Assembly (NCBI GenBank): GCA_028716165.1 | Contig: JAQUQI010000008.1 | Span: forward strand, 1,919 to 65,918 | Direction of reading: 5' to 3' | Length of the DNA stretch: 64,000 nt | Source of the DNA: Candidatus Omnitrophota bacterium | Lineage (GTDB): Bacteria > Omnitrophota > Gorgyraeia > JABMRG01 | Shown: positions 10,468 to 20,475 of the stretch, one piece after another | Numbering within the stretch: position 1 is the stretch's first letter | Layout of the letters: the number at the start of each line of letters is the position of its first letter | The notes under the pieces: model-generated | Told to the model about the DNA's origin: nothing | What the model saw: only the letters and a program-made list of their open reading frames with translations | Database searches by the model: none | Translations under genes and position numbers: made by a program

Positions 10468-10983
10468 TTAACGTGAGGGATATTTTAAATCCGCGCAAAG
10501 TCCCTGAACACAGTGCTTTACAACAGACCCGGCAAAACAACCATCCTTTGCCAAACAGCCTTGTAATGTAAACGACAGGCATTTTTTTACGCCTTTTTTA
10601 TATAATATGTTTTTCATATATTCTAAACAGCGCTTATTGCCTATACCGCTGCCGTAAGTAGTAAAAACAACCGCTTCTTTCCCTTTTAGGCCGCGGCATT
10701 TATCTAAATACGTGTTCATTGAAGGCGCCGGGCCAAATGCCCAGACAGGACTGCCCAGACACACTAAATTATAACCGCTTAGGTCAAAATTAACATTGCC
10801 GATCTTTTCTCTGGACCCTATCAAGGCCCTGAACGCCTGCTTGCAAAAACCAAAATCTTTTCTCTGCGGCACAAGCCTTATCGTGTCAACTTGCGCGATC
10901 GTCTTGATGCTATCGGCAAGCGCCCGGGCAACTGCCGCCGTATTGCCGCTCAACGAAAAATAAACAATTACGCATTTTATCAT
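10468..10983 (-). CDS. flavodoxin-like protein
   Basis: 171 aa. N-terminal MIKCVIVYFSLSGNTAAVARALA flavodoxin-type FMN-binding loop. Confidence 0.45.
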   Translation of the reverse strand: MIKCVIVYFSLSGNTAAVARALADSIKTIAQVDTIRLVPQRKDFGFCKQAFRALIGSREKIGNVNFDLSGYNLVCLGSPVWAFGPAPSMNTYLDKCRGLKGKEAVVFTTYGSGIGNKRCLEYMKNILYKKGVKKCLSFTLQGCLAKDGCFAGSVVKHCVQGLCADLKYPSR

Positions 10984-10998
10984 ACCGTCTCCTTGCCT

Positions 10999-11871
10999 TT
11001 ACCAGGTATACGACCTGACCCTGTTGAGCCAGCCTTTCAGCCATCTGATCTCATCGCGGTCTTTCGGGGAATTATTGACACGCCTTATCAGTATCTTCTC
11101 GGCAGATTCGGCAAATTCTAAGACAGGGTCACTGACAGTTTCATCATTATTCATTTCCAATAATACCTGGAAAAGCCCCCAGCCGTTACCGTCATATCTT
11201 TCTGATTCCGATATTCCCATACCCTTAAAAATACTATAATCAACTGCCGCATACAAACCCCGTGTTGTGGATATCAGCCTTTCAAGGCGTCGGATAATAC
11301 GCGCTCTGTTTTCACGGCCCTCAATTGATAAGACCATTTCCCGAAGGGAATCCTTAAAGCGGCGGACGATAAATTCCGCCTGCAGGGCCCTTGTCTCTTC
11401 TATAAAAATCCTTAATTCCTTGAAGCGGGCCGTATTTCCAGAGCGCATGAATTCTTCCCTTGTCCGCCACGGGCAATGAGGCTGTATACCATTTAATTTT
11501 TTAAGCCATTGGGGAATGTCCGCGCCGGAAGAGAAGGCGTATTCTAAAAACAACGGGAACACTTCCACAAAAGGCCCATTGGCATCTTTTGGATACCATA
11601 TGAAATGGCCTATGCCAAGAGATAAAAAATCTTCCCCTTCATTCCATTGCAAAAGCAGGCTTTCCCTTGAAGAACATTCGTTGGCAAATATTCTATCGGC
11701 TATCCAGTTTGCCTGCTCAAGGTTTATATCAACATCAAGCGCTTGGGCCGCGCAGGCAAGGGCCAAGGACAATACGGCCAGAAAGAAAACCCGCTTGATG
11801 TTTCTCCTTCCGTGTTTTGCGCTGGCTGATACCATAACCTGTTCCACACTGTTCCTAAAGCCCGATATCAA
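10999..11871 (-). CDS. hypothetical secreted protein. The true start is probably internal, near MVSASAKHG.
   Basis: 290-aa ORF. A signal-peptide-like stretch (FFLAVLSLALACAAQA) follows an N-terminal extension. No recognisable catalytic motif. Confidence 0.4.
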   Translation of the reverse strand: MISGFRNSVEQVMVSASAKHGRRNIKRVFFLAVLSLALACAAQALDVDINLEQANWIADRIFANECSSRESLLLQWNEGEDFLSLGIGHFIWYPKDANGPFVEVFPLFLEYAFSSGADIPQWLKKLNGIQPHCPWRTREEFMRSGNTARFKELRIFIEETRALQAEFIVRRFKDSLREMVLSIEGRENRARIIRRLERLISTTRGLYAAVDYSIFKGMGISESERYDGNGWGLFQVLLEMNNDETVSDPVLEFAESAEKILIRRVNNSPKDRDEIRWLKGWLNRVRSYTW

Positions 11872-12628
11872 TACCTACGGGGCAATGGTCAGAACCTAAT
11901 ACGTGTTTTTGAATAAAAGCGTCCTGTATTTTGTCTCTTAAACCGCTGCTTACAAAAAAATAATCAATTCTCCAGCCCACATCCCTTTGTCTCGCCGCTG
12001 TTTTATAGTCCCACCAGCTATAATGGCCGGGCTGGTTATTAGACATCCTAAAGGTATCAATAAACCCAGATGACAGCAGATCATCTATCCATTTTCTTTC
12101 AACCGGTAAAAAGCCCGACGTATCTTCGTTTTCTTCCGGCCGGGCCAGATCAATTTCTTTATGAGCGGTATTAACATCCCCGCAGATTATCACGTGCCTT
12201 TTTTTCTTAAGTTTAACCGCAAATTCCAAAAACCTTTTATAAAAATCCAATTTATAAAACAGCCTCTGCCTTGATGCCGAACCGTTGGGAAAATACACGT
12301 TCAGCAGGTCAAATTCCTGAAACCTCAAGCATACTAATCTGCCTTCATTATCCAGGCTTTTCATGCCGCGGTCTTTATCTATAATTTTGGCGGCAGGCCT
12401 GGACCATACGGCGGTCCCGCTGTATCCTTTTTTCTTGGCGCAGGCAGTATATAAAAGGTAACCAGGCATGTTTTTTAATCCTTCGGGGAACTGTTCTGCC
12501 TGCGCTTTTGTCTCCTGCACGCACACAATATCCGCGCCGGCTGATACAAGCCATTGCGCGAAACCTTTTTTATAGGCCGCTCTTATGCCGTTTACATTCC
12601 ATGATAATATCTTCATGCCAGATAACAC
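11855..12628 (-). CDS. xth: exodeoxyribonuclease III
   Basis: 257 aa. MKILSWNVNGIRA N-terminus and EEP-family motifs (…VCVQETK…GSDHCPV…). Confidence 0.9.
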   Translation of the reverse strand: MLSGMKILSWNVNGIRAAYKKGFAQWLVSAGADIVCVQETKAQAEQFPEGLKNMPGYLLYTACAKKKGYSGTAVWSRPAAKIIDKDRGMKSLDNEGRLVCLRFQEFDLLNVYFPNGSASRQRLFYKLDFYKRFLEFAVKLKKKRHVIICGDVNTAHKEIDLARPEENEDTSGFLPVERKWIDDLLSSGFIDTFRMSNNQPGHYSWWDYKTAARQRDVGWRIDYFFVSSGLRDKIQDAFIQKHVLGSDHCPVGIDIGL

Positions 12629-12811
12629 ATCTTTTATTGGGTTACTGTAAGACCAAATATTATGTTGTACATATCCTATGAATTATTATACATTATCTTA
12701 ATCCGAGCGCAAGATATTTTAGGCGGAAAAGGCTGTATCGGTCTGCGGGTATAGCGACAAAATAATATTGTAACACGCATATTCATATGATATTATCAAA
12801 GAGAGGGCCGT

Positions 12812-15139
12812 ATGCACCGCAAAAAAATTCTCATTATAACCCTTGCATCAATGGGTGCGGCAAGTATCATAGCTCAAATACTATTGTTAAGAGAGCTTCT
12901 TGTCGTTTTCTACGGGAACGAACTTACCTTAGGCATAATACTTTCAAACTGGCTTGCAATAGAATCGCTTGGAGCATTTACAGCTGGCAGGTGGGTGGAA
13001 AAATCAAATAAAAAAGTTTCGGCCTTCATATTTTTTATTATCGCCTCGTCGCTTGCCCTGCCCGCCTCTATTTATATAGCGCGCATATCCAAGGGTATTC
13101 CTGGTAATAATCCTTTTGAAGCGGCTGATATCGTAAGGGTTTTTTATAGCTCTGCCCTGGCTATATTCCCATCAGGTTTCTGCCATGGGGCGCTTTTTTC
13201 CATTGGCTGTAAAATACACGCGCTGATTTTCCGGGAACCGAAAAATATCTCACGCGCCAATGTTTTAACCATAGGTAAAGTTTATATATATGAAACCGCC
13301 GGAACCATAATTGGGGGCTGTCTCTGCAGTTTTATACTGGCACCCAATTTTGGCAGTTTTCATATAGCTTTCGGAACAGGGGCTTTTTTCCTTACCGCGG
13401 CCCTGGCGTTTTGCCTGCAATTTAAAAAAAACCGGCGTTTTATTGTCTCCAACATTCCGCTGTTATCCTGCGCCGGATTATTGGCTTTATATATATTTAT
13501 ATTATCATCGGGATCAGCCGGCGCTATAAATTCACTAAGCCTGCGCTGGTTCTGGCCCGGCCAAGAGGTTGTTTATTCAAAAAATTCATTTTACGGCAAT
13601 GTCTCTGTAACGAAACATAAAGGTCAATATTCATTTTACTATGACGGAATGTCATTTATCACCGCTCCAAATCCGGACATGAATGCCGCCGAGGAATTTG
13701 CCCATCTTACAATGCTATCCCATGCTGGCCCATCGCATATACTTGTAATCGGCAAGGGCTCCGGAGGGCTTTTACAGGAAATACTTAAACACAAAATAAA
13801 AAAGTTGGATTATGTTGAGATAGACCCGCTTGTTATTACCGTTTTAAAAAAATTTCATTGTCCGCTCACGCGGGATGAGCTATCTGACCCCAGGGTTAAC
13901 ATTATTAATACTGACGGAAGGGCTTTTTTAAGAAAAACAGATTCAAAATACGATATTATATTTATCGGGTTTGAAAGCCCTTCAAACCTAAGCATCAATA
14001 GACTATTTACCAGGGAATTTTTCCTCATGATAAAGAATAAACTGAAAAATAACGGCATTACGGCCTTCCGCTTACCGGGTTCAATGATATATATTCCGGC
14101 CGAGTTAACCGATCTTAACGCCTGTGTTCTAAACTCCCTTAAATCCGTCTTCCCTCACACAAGAGCTATACCGGGTGATGATACGATTATTCATATGGCG
14201 TCTTCGGGCACGGAATTCACCCGGATAAACAAAAATAATACGGCCAAACGGCTTAAAAATAGCCTGATTAACACGCAATTGATAAGCCCTTCTTATATTG
14301 AATACAAATTAGACCCGGCCCGCGCGAAATGGTTTGAAAACAGTCTCCGCGCGGCGACAAAAAGACAAAACCTTGACTTCGCCCCGGTCGGGGTGTATTT
14401 TGATCTTTCGTACTGGAACTCCATGGTCTCGCCTCGCGTAAAAAAAATATCACATTTGTTTTCAAAGATAACCCCCGTCTTTTTTCTAAACACATTCGCG
14501 GTTTCAGGCATACTTCTAACGGGGCTATTACTTGCAAGCAGCAGGCCGCTTCGTATTTCAGTTCCTCTGTGCATCGCGGGGACAGGGTTTTCCAGTATGC
14601 TGTTTGGGCTTATAGCCATATTTTCTTTTCAGATTACATACGGCTATATCTTCCAGTGGATAGGCCTTCTTACCTGCGCATTTTATGCCGGCACGTTTTT
14701 AGGCAGTATATGGATAACGCGCAATTCGGGCGCGATAAAAAATGATCTATCCCTATTTCTGAAAATTGATTTACTTTCTGCTCTCTTCGCCATGGCCTTG
14801 CCGTTTATACTGCGCTGTTGCCAATATGTCTGCTCCGGAGAAAACACCGCCTCTTATTACAAGATAGTGTTCGTAACAATATGCGCGCTATCGGGGATGT
14901 TTACCGGCGCTCAATTCCCGCTTGCCAACAAGATAGCCCTAAGGCAAAACACCCAAACAGGAAAAACTGCCGGCATACTTTATAGCGCGGATATGCTTGG
15001 CGGCTGGGCTGGCGGGTTAGCGGGCGGCGTGCTGTTGGTGCCTGTGCTTGGAATATTTTACAGCTGTGTAGTAATAGCGGGGCTTAAGCTGACAACATCG
15101 GCGTGTTTCGCCGTATCAATGAAAAAAATACCGAAATAA
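12812..15139 (+). CDS. membrane-embedded spermidine synthase-like (PABS-family) protein with N- and C-terminal multi-TM regions
   Basis: 775 aa. The central part (HILVIGKGSGGLLQEILKH…YVEIDPLVI…IINTDGRAFL…YDIIFIGF) matches the aminopropyltransferase fold and is flanked by hydrophobic helices. The only long plus-strand gene in the window. Confidence 0.7.
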   Translation: MHRKKILIITLASMGAASIIAQILLLRELLVVFYGNELTLGIILSNWLAIESLGAFTAGRWVEKSNKKVSAFIFFIIASSLALPASIYIARISKGIPGNNPFEAADIVRVFYSSALAIFPSGFCHGALFSIGCKIHALIFREPKNISRANVLTIGKVYIYETAGTIIGGCLCSFILAPNFGSFHIAFGTGAFFLTAALAFCLQFKKNRRFIVSNIPLLSCAGLLALYIFILSSGSAGAINSLSLRWFWPGQEVVYSKNSFYGNVSVTKHKGQYSFYYDGMSFITAPNPDMNAAEEFAHLTMLSHAGPSHILVIGKGSGGLLQEILKHKIKKLDYVEIDPLVITVLKKFHCPLTRDELSDPRVNIINTDGRAFLRKTDSKYDIIFIGFESPSNLSINRLFTREFFLMIKNKLKNNGITAFRLPGSMIYIPAELTDLNACVLNSLKSVFPHTRAIPGDDTIIHMASSGTEFTRINKNNTAKRLKNSLINTQLISPSYIEYKLDPARAKWFENSLRAATKRQNLDFAPVGVYFDLSYWNSMVSPRVKKISHLFSKITPVFFLNTFAVSGILLTGLLLASSRPLRISVPLCIAGTGFSSMLFGLIAIFSFQITYGYIFQWIGLLTCAFYAGTFLGSIWITRNSGAIKNDLSLFLKIDLLSALFAMALPFILRCCQYVCSGENTASYYKIVFVTICALSGMFTGAQFPLANKIALRQNTQTGKTAGILYSADMLGGWAGGLAGGVLLVPVLGIFYSCVVIAGLKLTTSACFAVSMKKIPK

Positions 15140-15156
15140 CCGCGCTCAACAACAAA

Positions 15157-16734
15157 TCACAGGATCTTAATCACGATCAATGTCATATCATCATGCTGCT
15201 GCTTACCCTGAGAAAACGTTTTAAGATCCTCTTTTATTTTATCTATGATCTCCGATGATGCCATTGAGGCATTATCCCGCAGGATCTTCATCAGTCTGAT
15301 AGTGCCGTATTCCTCATCTTTTAGATTTCTCGTTTCGGTAACACCGTCGGTATATAATACAATCATATCCTGCCTGCAGACAGACCGCGTTTCGGTCCCT
15401 ATTACTATGCCTGGCCTGATACCTATAGGCATTGCCTGCGCTTTCAACAGACTGGCTTCCAGGAGCGGCGCCGTCAGCACAATGGGCGGGTTATGCCCGG
15501 CGTTGGCATAGCTAAAAGTCATGCGCCTTGTGTCAAGAACGGCGTAAAACAATGTCTCAAACATAGTGCTTCTTGACAACTCTATCATGCGCAAATTGGC
15601 ATGTTCAATCATCATATGCGGAGAGTCAAACAATGAGGCATTTGACCTTATTATGGCCCTTGATAAGGCCACAAAAAGGGCGGCTGGGACGCCCTTGCCG
15701 GAGACATCGGCTATCACTATTCCGACTCTGTTGTCATCTATCGGTATAAAATCATAAAAATCCCCCCCAACCGTCATCGCCGGAATGGTCATAGCGGATA
15801 TATCGGCGCCTGGGATTTCCGGCATTGAATCCGGCAAAAAACTCTGTTGTATTTTTTTGGCTATATTCAATTCGCTCAACAATCTTTCTTTATCGGATGT
15901 GGTTTTTTGCAATTTTGCGATATGCTGTTTCAAATCAACCGACATTTTGTTGAAATAAACCGCCAAATCCGATAATTCGTCATTGCCTCTTACCTTTACT
16001 GAATATTCAAGGTCGCCGGCGGCAACCCTTTGGAATCCTTTCTTGAGCGCCGTTACTTTGCAGGACATCCCGCCTGATAAAAAATACGCAAATATCAAAG
16101 AAAGTATAATTCCAAACACAAGGCTTAATAAAAGATGCCTTTTAACCCCCGATTCTGCGCGATGTATATCCTCGGCCTTCATGTCAACTCCGAGAACGGC
16201 CACGCAGTTTCCGTCTTTGTCCCGAATCGGGGCATAACCTGAAAGGAACTGCCCCCAGTTATCGCTTGTAACCGACGTGTCTGCCGACGGACGGGTAAAA
16301 CCTTTCAAGAGCTGGGGAAAATTTGACGCGTCATATTCGTCACCAGGCTGGGCAGTGTTTCCGGCATCTTCTGTGCCAATATCAACATCAAGGACAAACC
16401 TCAACACGCCTTGTTTAACTCTATCTTTTCTAAATATATAAATATATTTTATGGATGGGGCCTTTGATTGGACAAGGGACAGGGCCTCTTCTATATGCTT
16501 ATACGCGGGGGTATGCGCGCCCGAAGCGTCAAGAGGTATTGACAGCAGTTCGTCGGCATCAACTCCGGATGAGGCTATTTGGGCTATCTCTATTAGATTA
16601 TCCCTGATATTGTTAAGGGTAAAATCCGAAGCATAACGGCAGGCAAATAAACCTGATACAAAACATACAATAGCCACAACACCCGCAAAGGATATTATTA
16701 ATTTTATCCTGAACCTGCCCAAAGGGCTGTGCAT
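15157..16734 (-). CDS. sensor PP2C-family serine phosphatase (SpoIIE/RsbU-like) with periplasmic sensor, TM and HAMP domains
   Basis: 525 aa. HAMP-like …AAGDLEYSVKVRGNDELSDLAVYFNKM… followed by the PP2C motifs GGDFYDF and VIADVSGKGVPAALF. Confidence 0.8.
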   Translation of the reverse strand: MHSPLGRFRIKLIISFAGVVAIVCFVSGLFACRYASDFTLNNIRDNLIEIAQIASSGVDADELLSIPLDASGAHTPAYKHIEEALSLVQSKAPSIKYIYIFRKDRVKQGVLRFVLDVDIGTEDAGNTAQPGDEYDASNFPQLLKGFTRPSADTSVTSDNWGQFLSGYAPIRDKDGNCVAVLGVDMKAEDIHRAESGVKRHLLLSLVFGIILSLIFAYFLSGGMSCKVTALKKGFQRVAAGDLEYSVKVRGNDELSDLAVYFNKMSVDLKQHIAKLQKTTSDKERLLSELNIAKKIQQSFLPDSMPEIPGADISAMTIPAMTVGGDFYDFIPIDDNRVGIVIADVSGKGVPAALFVALSRAIIRSNASLFDSPHMMIEHANLRMIELSRSTMFETLFYAVLDTRRMTFSYANAGHNPPIVLTAPLLEASLLKAQAMPIGIRPGIVIGTETRSVCRQDMIVLYTDGVTETRNLKDEEYGTIRLMKILRDNASMASSEIIDKIKEDLKTFSQGKQQHDDMTLIVIKIL

Positions 16735-16921
16735 ATTGTCCGCCGTTTGTTTTTTTAAGTTATTGCCTGATATTAGTTTTAAACAAAAAACATAAACCTA
16801 TTTATCAGATTATAACAGCCATGCCAATATTTGGCAATAAATTTTCAAGATTGGTTTTATTAAAGAAAATTCCAAGATAGCCAAAAAAGAATTCGCATGA
16901 ATCCGGGATACCGCGCGCCAA

Positions 16922-18742
16922 TCACCCCTTGCAAACAGTATTCCTGCCCCGGGCCTTGGCCTGGTATAGGGCGGTATCAGCCTTTTGCACGAGTAATTGT
17001 TGATTTTTTTCGCGGTCCAATTCAGCGACTCCGAGGCTTATAGTTACCTTGCAGGAGCGTTTCATGTATCTGAATATTTTGTTTTCAACGGCCTTCCTGA
17101 TGCGTTCGGCAAACCCCATCGCTTCTTTGGCCGTTGTCTGCGGAAGCATAATTATAAATTCTTCCCCTCCATAGCGAGCGCATATGTCAAGCGGCCTGCA
17201 GACGGATTTTATCGTCCTTGCGACACCCCTTAAAACCATATCTCCGAACAGGTGGCCGTATGTGTCGTTTATCTGCTTGAAATGGTCTATGTCGGCTACT
17301 ATCAAAGACATCGCGCCTGTTTTATTTTTACGCGAGCGCCTGTCGGAAAATACCGATTTCATCAATGTGTTAAAATGCGATTTCTGATACAAGCCCGTCA
17401 GGGCGTCCGTTATCGCCATGTCAAAAAACCGCCTTTTTTCAACCATAATCCTGAATTCATTGTAAATCATTATTCCGGTATATGTAAATATCATGGCAAA
17501 AGCCGGGTAGGTTATATTGACTAATACCCCTGAATATAAAAAAACCATGATTGAGGCGGCGCAAAAACAACATAATAAAGCGGCGGCCGACAAAAGCCCT
17601 CTTACCAGATGATATAATGATAAAAGCAGTGTGGTAAAAAAAGCCATAAAAACAATAAGCAATACGGTCAGGGCATTGGGAACAAACCGGCAAAAATCAG
17701 ACCTAAAAATATTATCCAGTATACATGCATTTACGCCCATTGCCGGATACAGCGGTTCAAGCGGCGTGGGTTTTATATCTATAAGCCCTGATACAGACAT
17801 GCCTACAACGCATATCTTGCCGCTTAAGGAATCGGCGGGAACAATAGGGTGCTGGTTCTTGCACACCATGGAAAACGATTTTATTACATCAAAAAACGAA
17901 AAATGCCTGAAACTCTCTTTCCACCGGCCGGGCCAGTTTATCACCATCTGATAATTCGTATCTATAGGTATATCTATATTGCGCGCCCTAACGCCTTCTT
18001 TGCCGTTAACGGGAAGCCTTATATATTTTCCCTTCTTTACGATAATTTCTTTCTCGGAAACACCCAGCAGGTCGCAGGCAAGGCAAAAAGCTGACTGAAA
18101 ATAACGTTTGCCATTATATTCAATGATAAGAGGCACCCTTCGCAAAATACCATCGGGGTCAGGCAGTATATTAATAAATCCCGTGCCCTTTGCAAGAAGG
18201 GCGAATTGAGGCATACTGGCATCTATGCCGTATATATCGTTATCGGTTATCGCCTTGCGGGAGTCCATAGCCTCAACCTTAAACGCGTACGGCAGATAGA
18301 CATTGCCCGCATGGGCTAAAGACTCTGACATGACCGCGTCATAGGCATCATTCGTCGGTTCGCTGAATATTACATCATAGAATACCGCGCGAGCATTAAA
18401 CTCTTTTAAAGCCGTTATCATGCCGGCATGCCAATTCCTGTCCCAGGGCCAGCGGCCCAGATGATCAATACTGTCCTGGGCTATATCAATAGAAACTATC
18501 TCTTGGCTTAAGGGTTGGGGGGGGATTAAGCGGAACCTGTAATCAAGCAGTATCAGTTCAACCTTGTCAAGGGAGCGCATCTGGAATAAAAATAATACGA
18601 TAAGACAGCAGGCAAGGGTTATGGCGTACCTTCTTACGGAATAATCTCTAAAAAACCTGATCCCGCGCAATCTGATTTTTTTAAATAATCTTTTTCTGGC
18701 GAGCTTTTTCCTATTCTCCCGGCTTACCATGCTTGACCTCAA
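16922..18742 (-). CDS. CHASE2-domain diguanylate cyclase (GGDEF)
   Basis: 606 aa. CHASE2-like N-terminus (…LGRWPWDRNWHAGMI…FYDVIFSEP), TM helices, and a C-terminal GGDEF domain with RYGGEEFII. Confidence 0.85.
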   Translation of the reverse strand: MRSSMVSRENRKKLARKRLFKKIRLRGIRFFRDYSVRRYAITLACCLIVLFLFQMRSLDKVELILLDYRFRLIPPQPLSQEIVSIDIAQDSIDHLGRWPWDRNWHAGMITALKEFNARAVFYDVIFSEPTNDAYDAVMSESLAHAGNVYLPYAFKVEAMDSRKAITDNDIYGIDASMPQFALLAKGTGFINILPDPDGILRRVPLIIEYNGKRYFQSAFCLACDLLGVSEKEIIVKKGKYIRLPVNGKEGVRARNIDIPIDTNYQMVINWPGRWKESFRHFSFFDVIKSFSMVCKNQHPIVPADSLSGKICVVGMSVSGLIDIKPTPLEPLYPAMGVNACILDNIFRSDFCRFVPNALTVLLIVFMAFFTTLLLSLYHLVRGLLSAAALLCCFCAASIMVFLYSGVLVNITYPAFAMIFTYTGIMIYNEFRIMVEKRRFFDMAITDALTGLYQKSHFNTLMKSVFSDRRSRKNKTGAMSLIVADIDHFKQINDTYGHLFGDMVLRGVARTIKSVCRPLDICARYGGEEFIIMLPQTTAKEAMGFAERIRKAVENKIFRYMKRSCKVTISLGVAELDREKNQQLLVQKADTALYQAKARGRNTVCKG

Positions 18743-19205
18743 AACGCGTCCCCTTTACGCCGACCATTGATGTCGGGGTCCTTACCCTGAATTTTGACTG
18801 TTCCGGTAATTTATCAACTCTGATTAGTATATCACCAATTGCCAGGTCAAGCATTATATTTTCGCATGTATCTGCGTTACCCGCCATCAGGCTGGTAAAC
18901 GTAAGATTGGAATTATCCCGCAATCTAATCTTAAAAGACGCCTTGCCTTTTCTGCTAAACTGCATATCCACAAATGAACCATCCCCTATTTTTATGACGT
19001 CTGCCTGCGACAGTATATACCCGTTTTCAGCCTTCACCCACGATCGCTGGCCTGATTTTTTAATATCCGCCTCGCCTGATATACCGGTTATCACTCCGTT
19101 ATACAAAACAAAAGCGGGCTCATCCCATGCGCTTCCGGCAGAGGTAATGATAATTAATAAAAAGCACAGGCACAATATATAAACAGGCTTAAGCATTGGA
19201 AGCAA
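18711..19205 (-). CDS. FecR-domain protein, the usual partner of CHASE2 sensors
   Basis: 164 aa. Signal peptide plus a GTRFEV FecR signature. Overlaps the starts of both flanking genes. Confidence 0.7.
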   Translation of the reverse strand: MLPMLKPVYILCLCFLLIIITSAGSAWDEPAFVLYNGVITGISGEADIKKSGQRSWVKAENGYILSQADVIKIGDGSFVDMQFSRKGKASFKIRLRDNSNLTFTSLMAGNADTCENIMLDLAIGDILIRVDKLPEQSKFRVRTPTSMVGVKGTRFEVKHGKPGE

Positions 19206-20346
19206 CCTCCCGCAACATTCTGTTTAAGTCTTCTATCTGTTCATAATCAATGGCGGTAATCGCGGGTAATGCCAGCTGGCGAGCGGCAGTAACAGCCGCT
19301 TCTATATTATTGCTTAAAAAATTATTCAACAAATCATCAAGCGATCCGGCATCAACAGTACCCTTGAACAGGTCCTGAAATATGGCCTTAATTGAATCAA
19401 CAACTTCCTGCTGACGGTCCAGCGGTATAGAACGGTCAACAGAAAGAACGCCTACGGCAAGGTCAATTAAAACATGCCACGGATACGCCATAACCTTTTT
19501 TTCGTTGGCGATAGCGCTCACAAGCATTAAGGCAGGGTTTAAAAATAACCCGTCATCTTCGCGATACGAAATGGTTATCTTATCTTCAGGCCTAAGGCCG
19601 TCTATTTTAGCGGTAAGCATATTATCCAATTCATGATATTTTACCGTGTCTAATCCCTTGAATTGCGCAAGCACATTCTCCAGCCTGACAGCATCATTAG
19701 ACCTTGATACAAAACTGACATATAATTTCCCCGAGAATCTGCTGTCTCTTTTAAAAGATAACATTTTAAGCGCTATGATATCCAATACGCCTCTTGTGAT
19801 AAATTCCGCGTCCTTACCTGCGCCTGGATCGGGAAACATGTCCACATTTATCTCTATTGCCTTATTGTGCGAGAATCCTTTAAACTTATCCGTTGCGCTT
19901 GAGGCTATCTCTCCTGAACGCTTAGATTGCGCGGACACCTCATCCAGCGGCCCGCCACGAAATTCAAACGGAATATTGTCACGGTCTCTATCCTCCAAAA
20001 AAGTAGGGGATTTGCCTACTTGCACTTTTGTCCCTGCCGGAATATCATCAATACGACCTGTGGAAAGATCTGTGGTCTTAACACGCCCTTCATGCACAAT
20101 AACTGTGGTTACTCCAGCCTGACCCGATTCCTTTAGCCCGGTGGCAGGCTTTTCTTCTTCAAATAACGAATACGGATCTATGCCGCTATTGCTAAGAGAG
20201 GTTTCTCTTAAAAATAAATTGCAATATGTTTGGGTATAATGAGAAAGAATACTTGACGGTATTATGACAACACTGATAATGGAGGCCATAATATAAACCG
20301 CGCACAACACAATAAATTTATTATGCCCGTAAAAACTTTTCCTCAT
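19189..20346 (-). CDS. hypothetical membrane-anchored protein, first gene of the FecR-CHASE2 operon
   Basis: 385 aa. Single N-terminal TM. No recognised motifs. Overlaps the FecR gene by 17 nt. Confidence 0.4.
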   Translation of the reverse strand: MRKSFYGHNKFIVLCAVYIMASIISVVIIPSSILSHYTQTYCNLFLRETSLSNSGIDPYSLFEEEKPATGLKESGQAGVTTVIVHEGRVKTTDLSTGRIDDIPAGTKVQVGKSPTFLEDRDRDNIPFEFRGGPLDEVSAQSKRSGEIASSATDKFKGFSHNKAIEINVDMFPDPGAGKDAEFITRGVLDIIALKMLSFKRDSRFSGKLYVSFVSRSNDAVRLENVLAQFKGLDTVKYHELDNMLTAKIDGLRPEDKITISYREDDGLFLNPALMLVSAIANEKKVMAYPWHVLIDLAVGVLSVDRSIPLDRQQEVVDSIKAIFQDLFKGTVDAGSLDDLLNNFLSNNIEAAVTAARQLALPAITAIDYEQIEDLNRMLREVASNA

Positions 20347-20475
20347 AATATCTCCCTAACTTGTTTACACACATCATTTTGAGAGCTTTTATTAAGTAAA
20401 CCATAAGTCTTTCTTACTATAAGTATAATATATGTTTGGAAGTTTATCAAGGGGTAGGCTGTGTTTTAAGGTATT

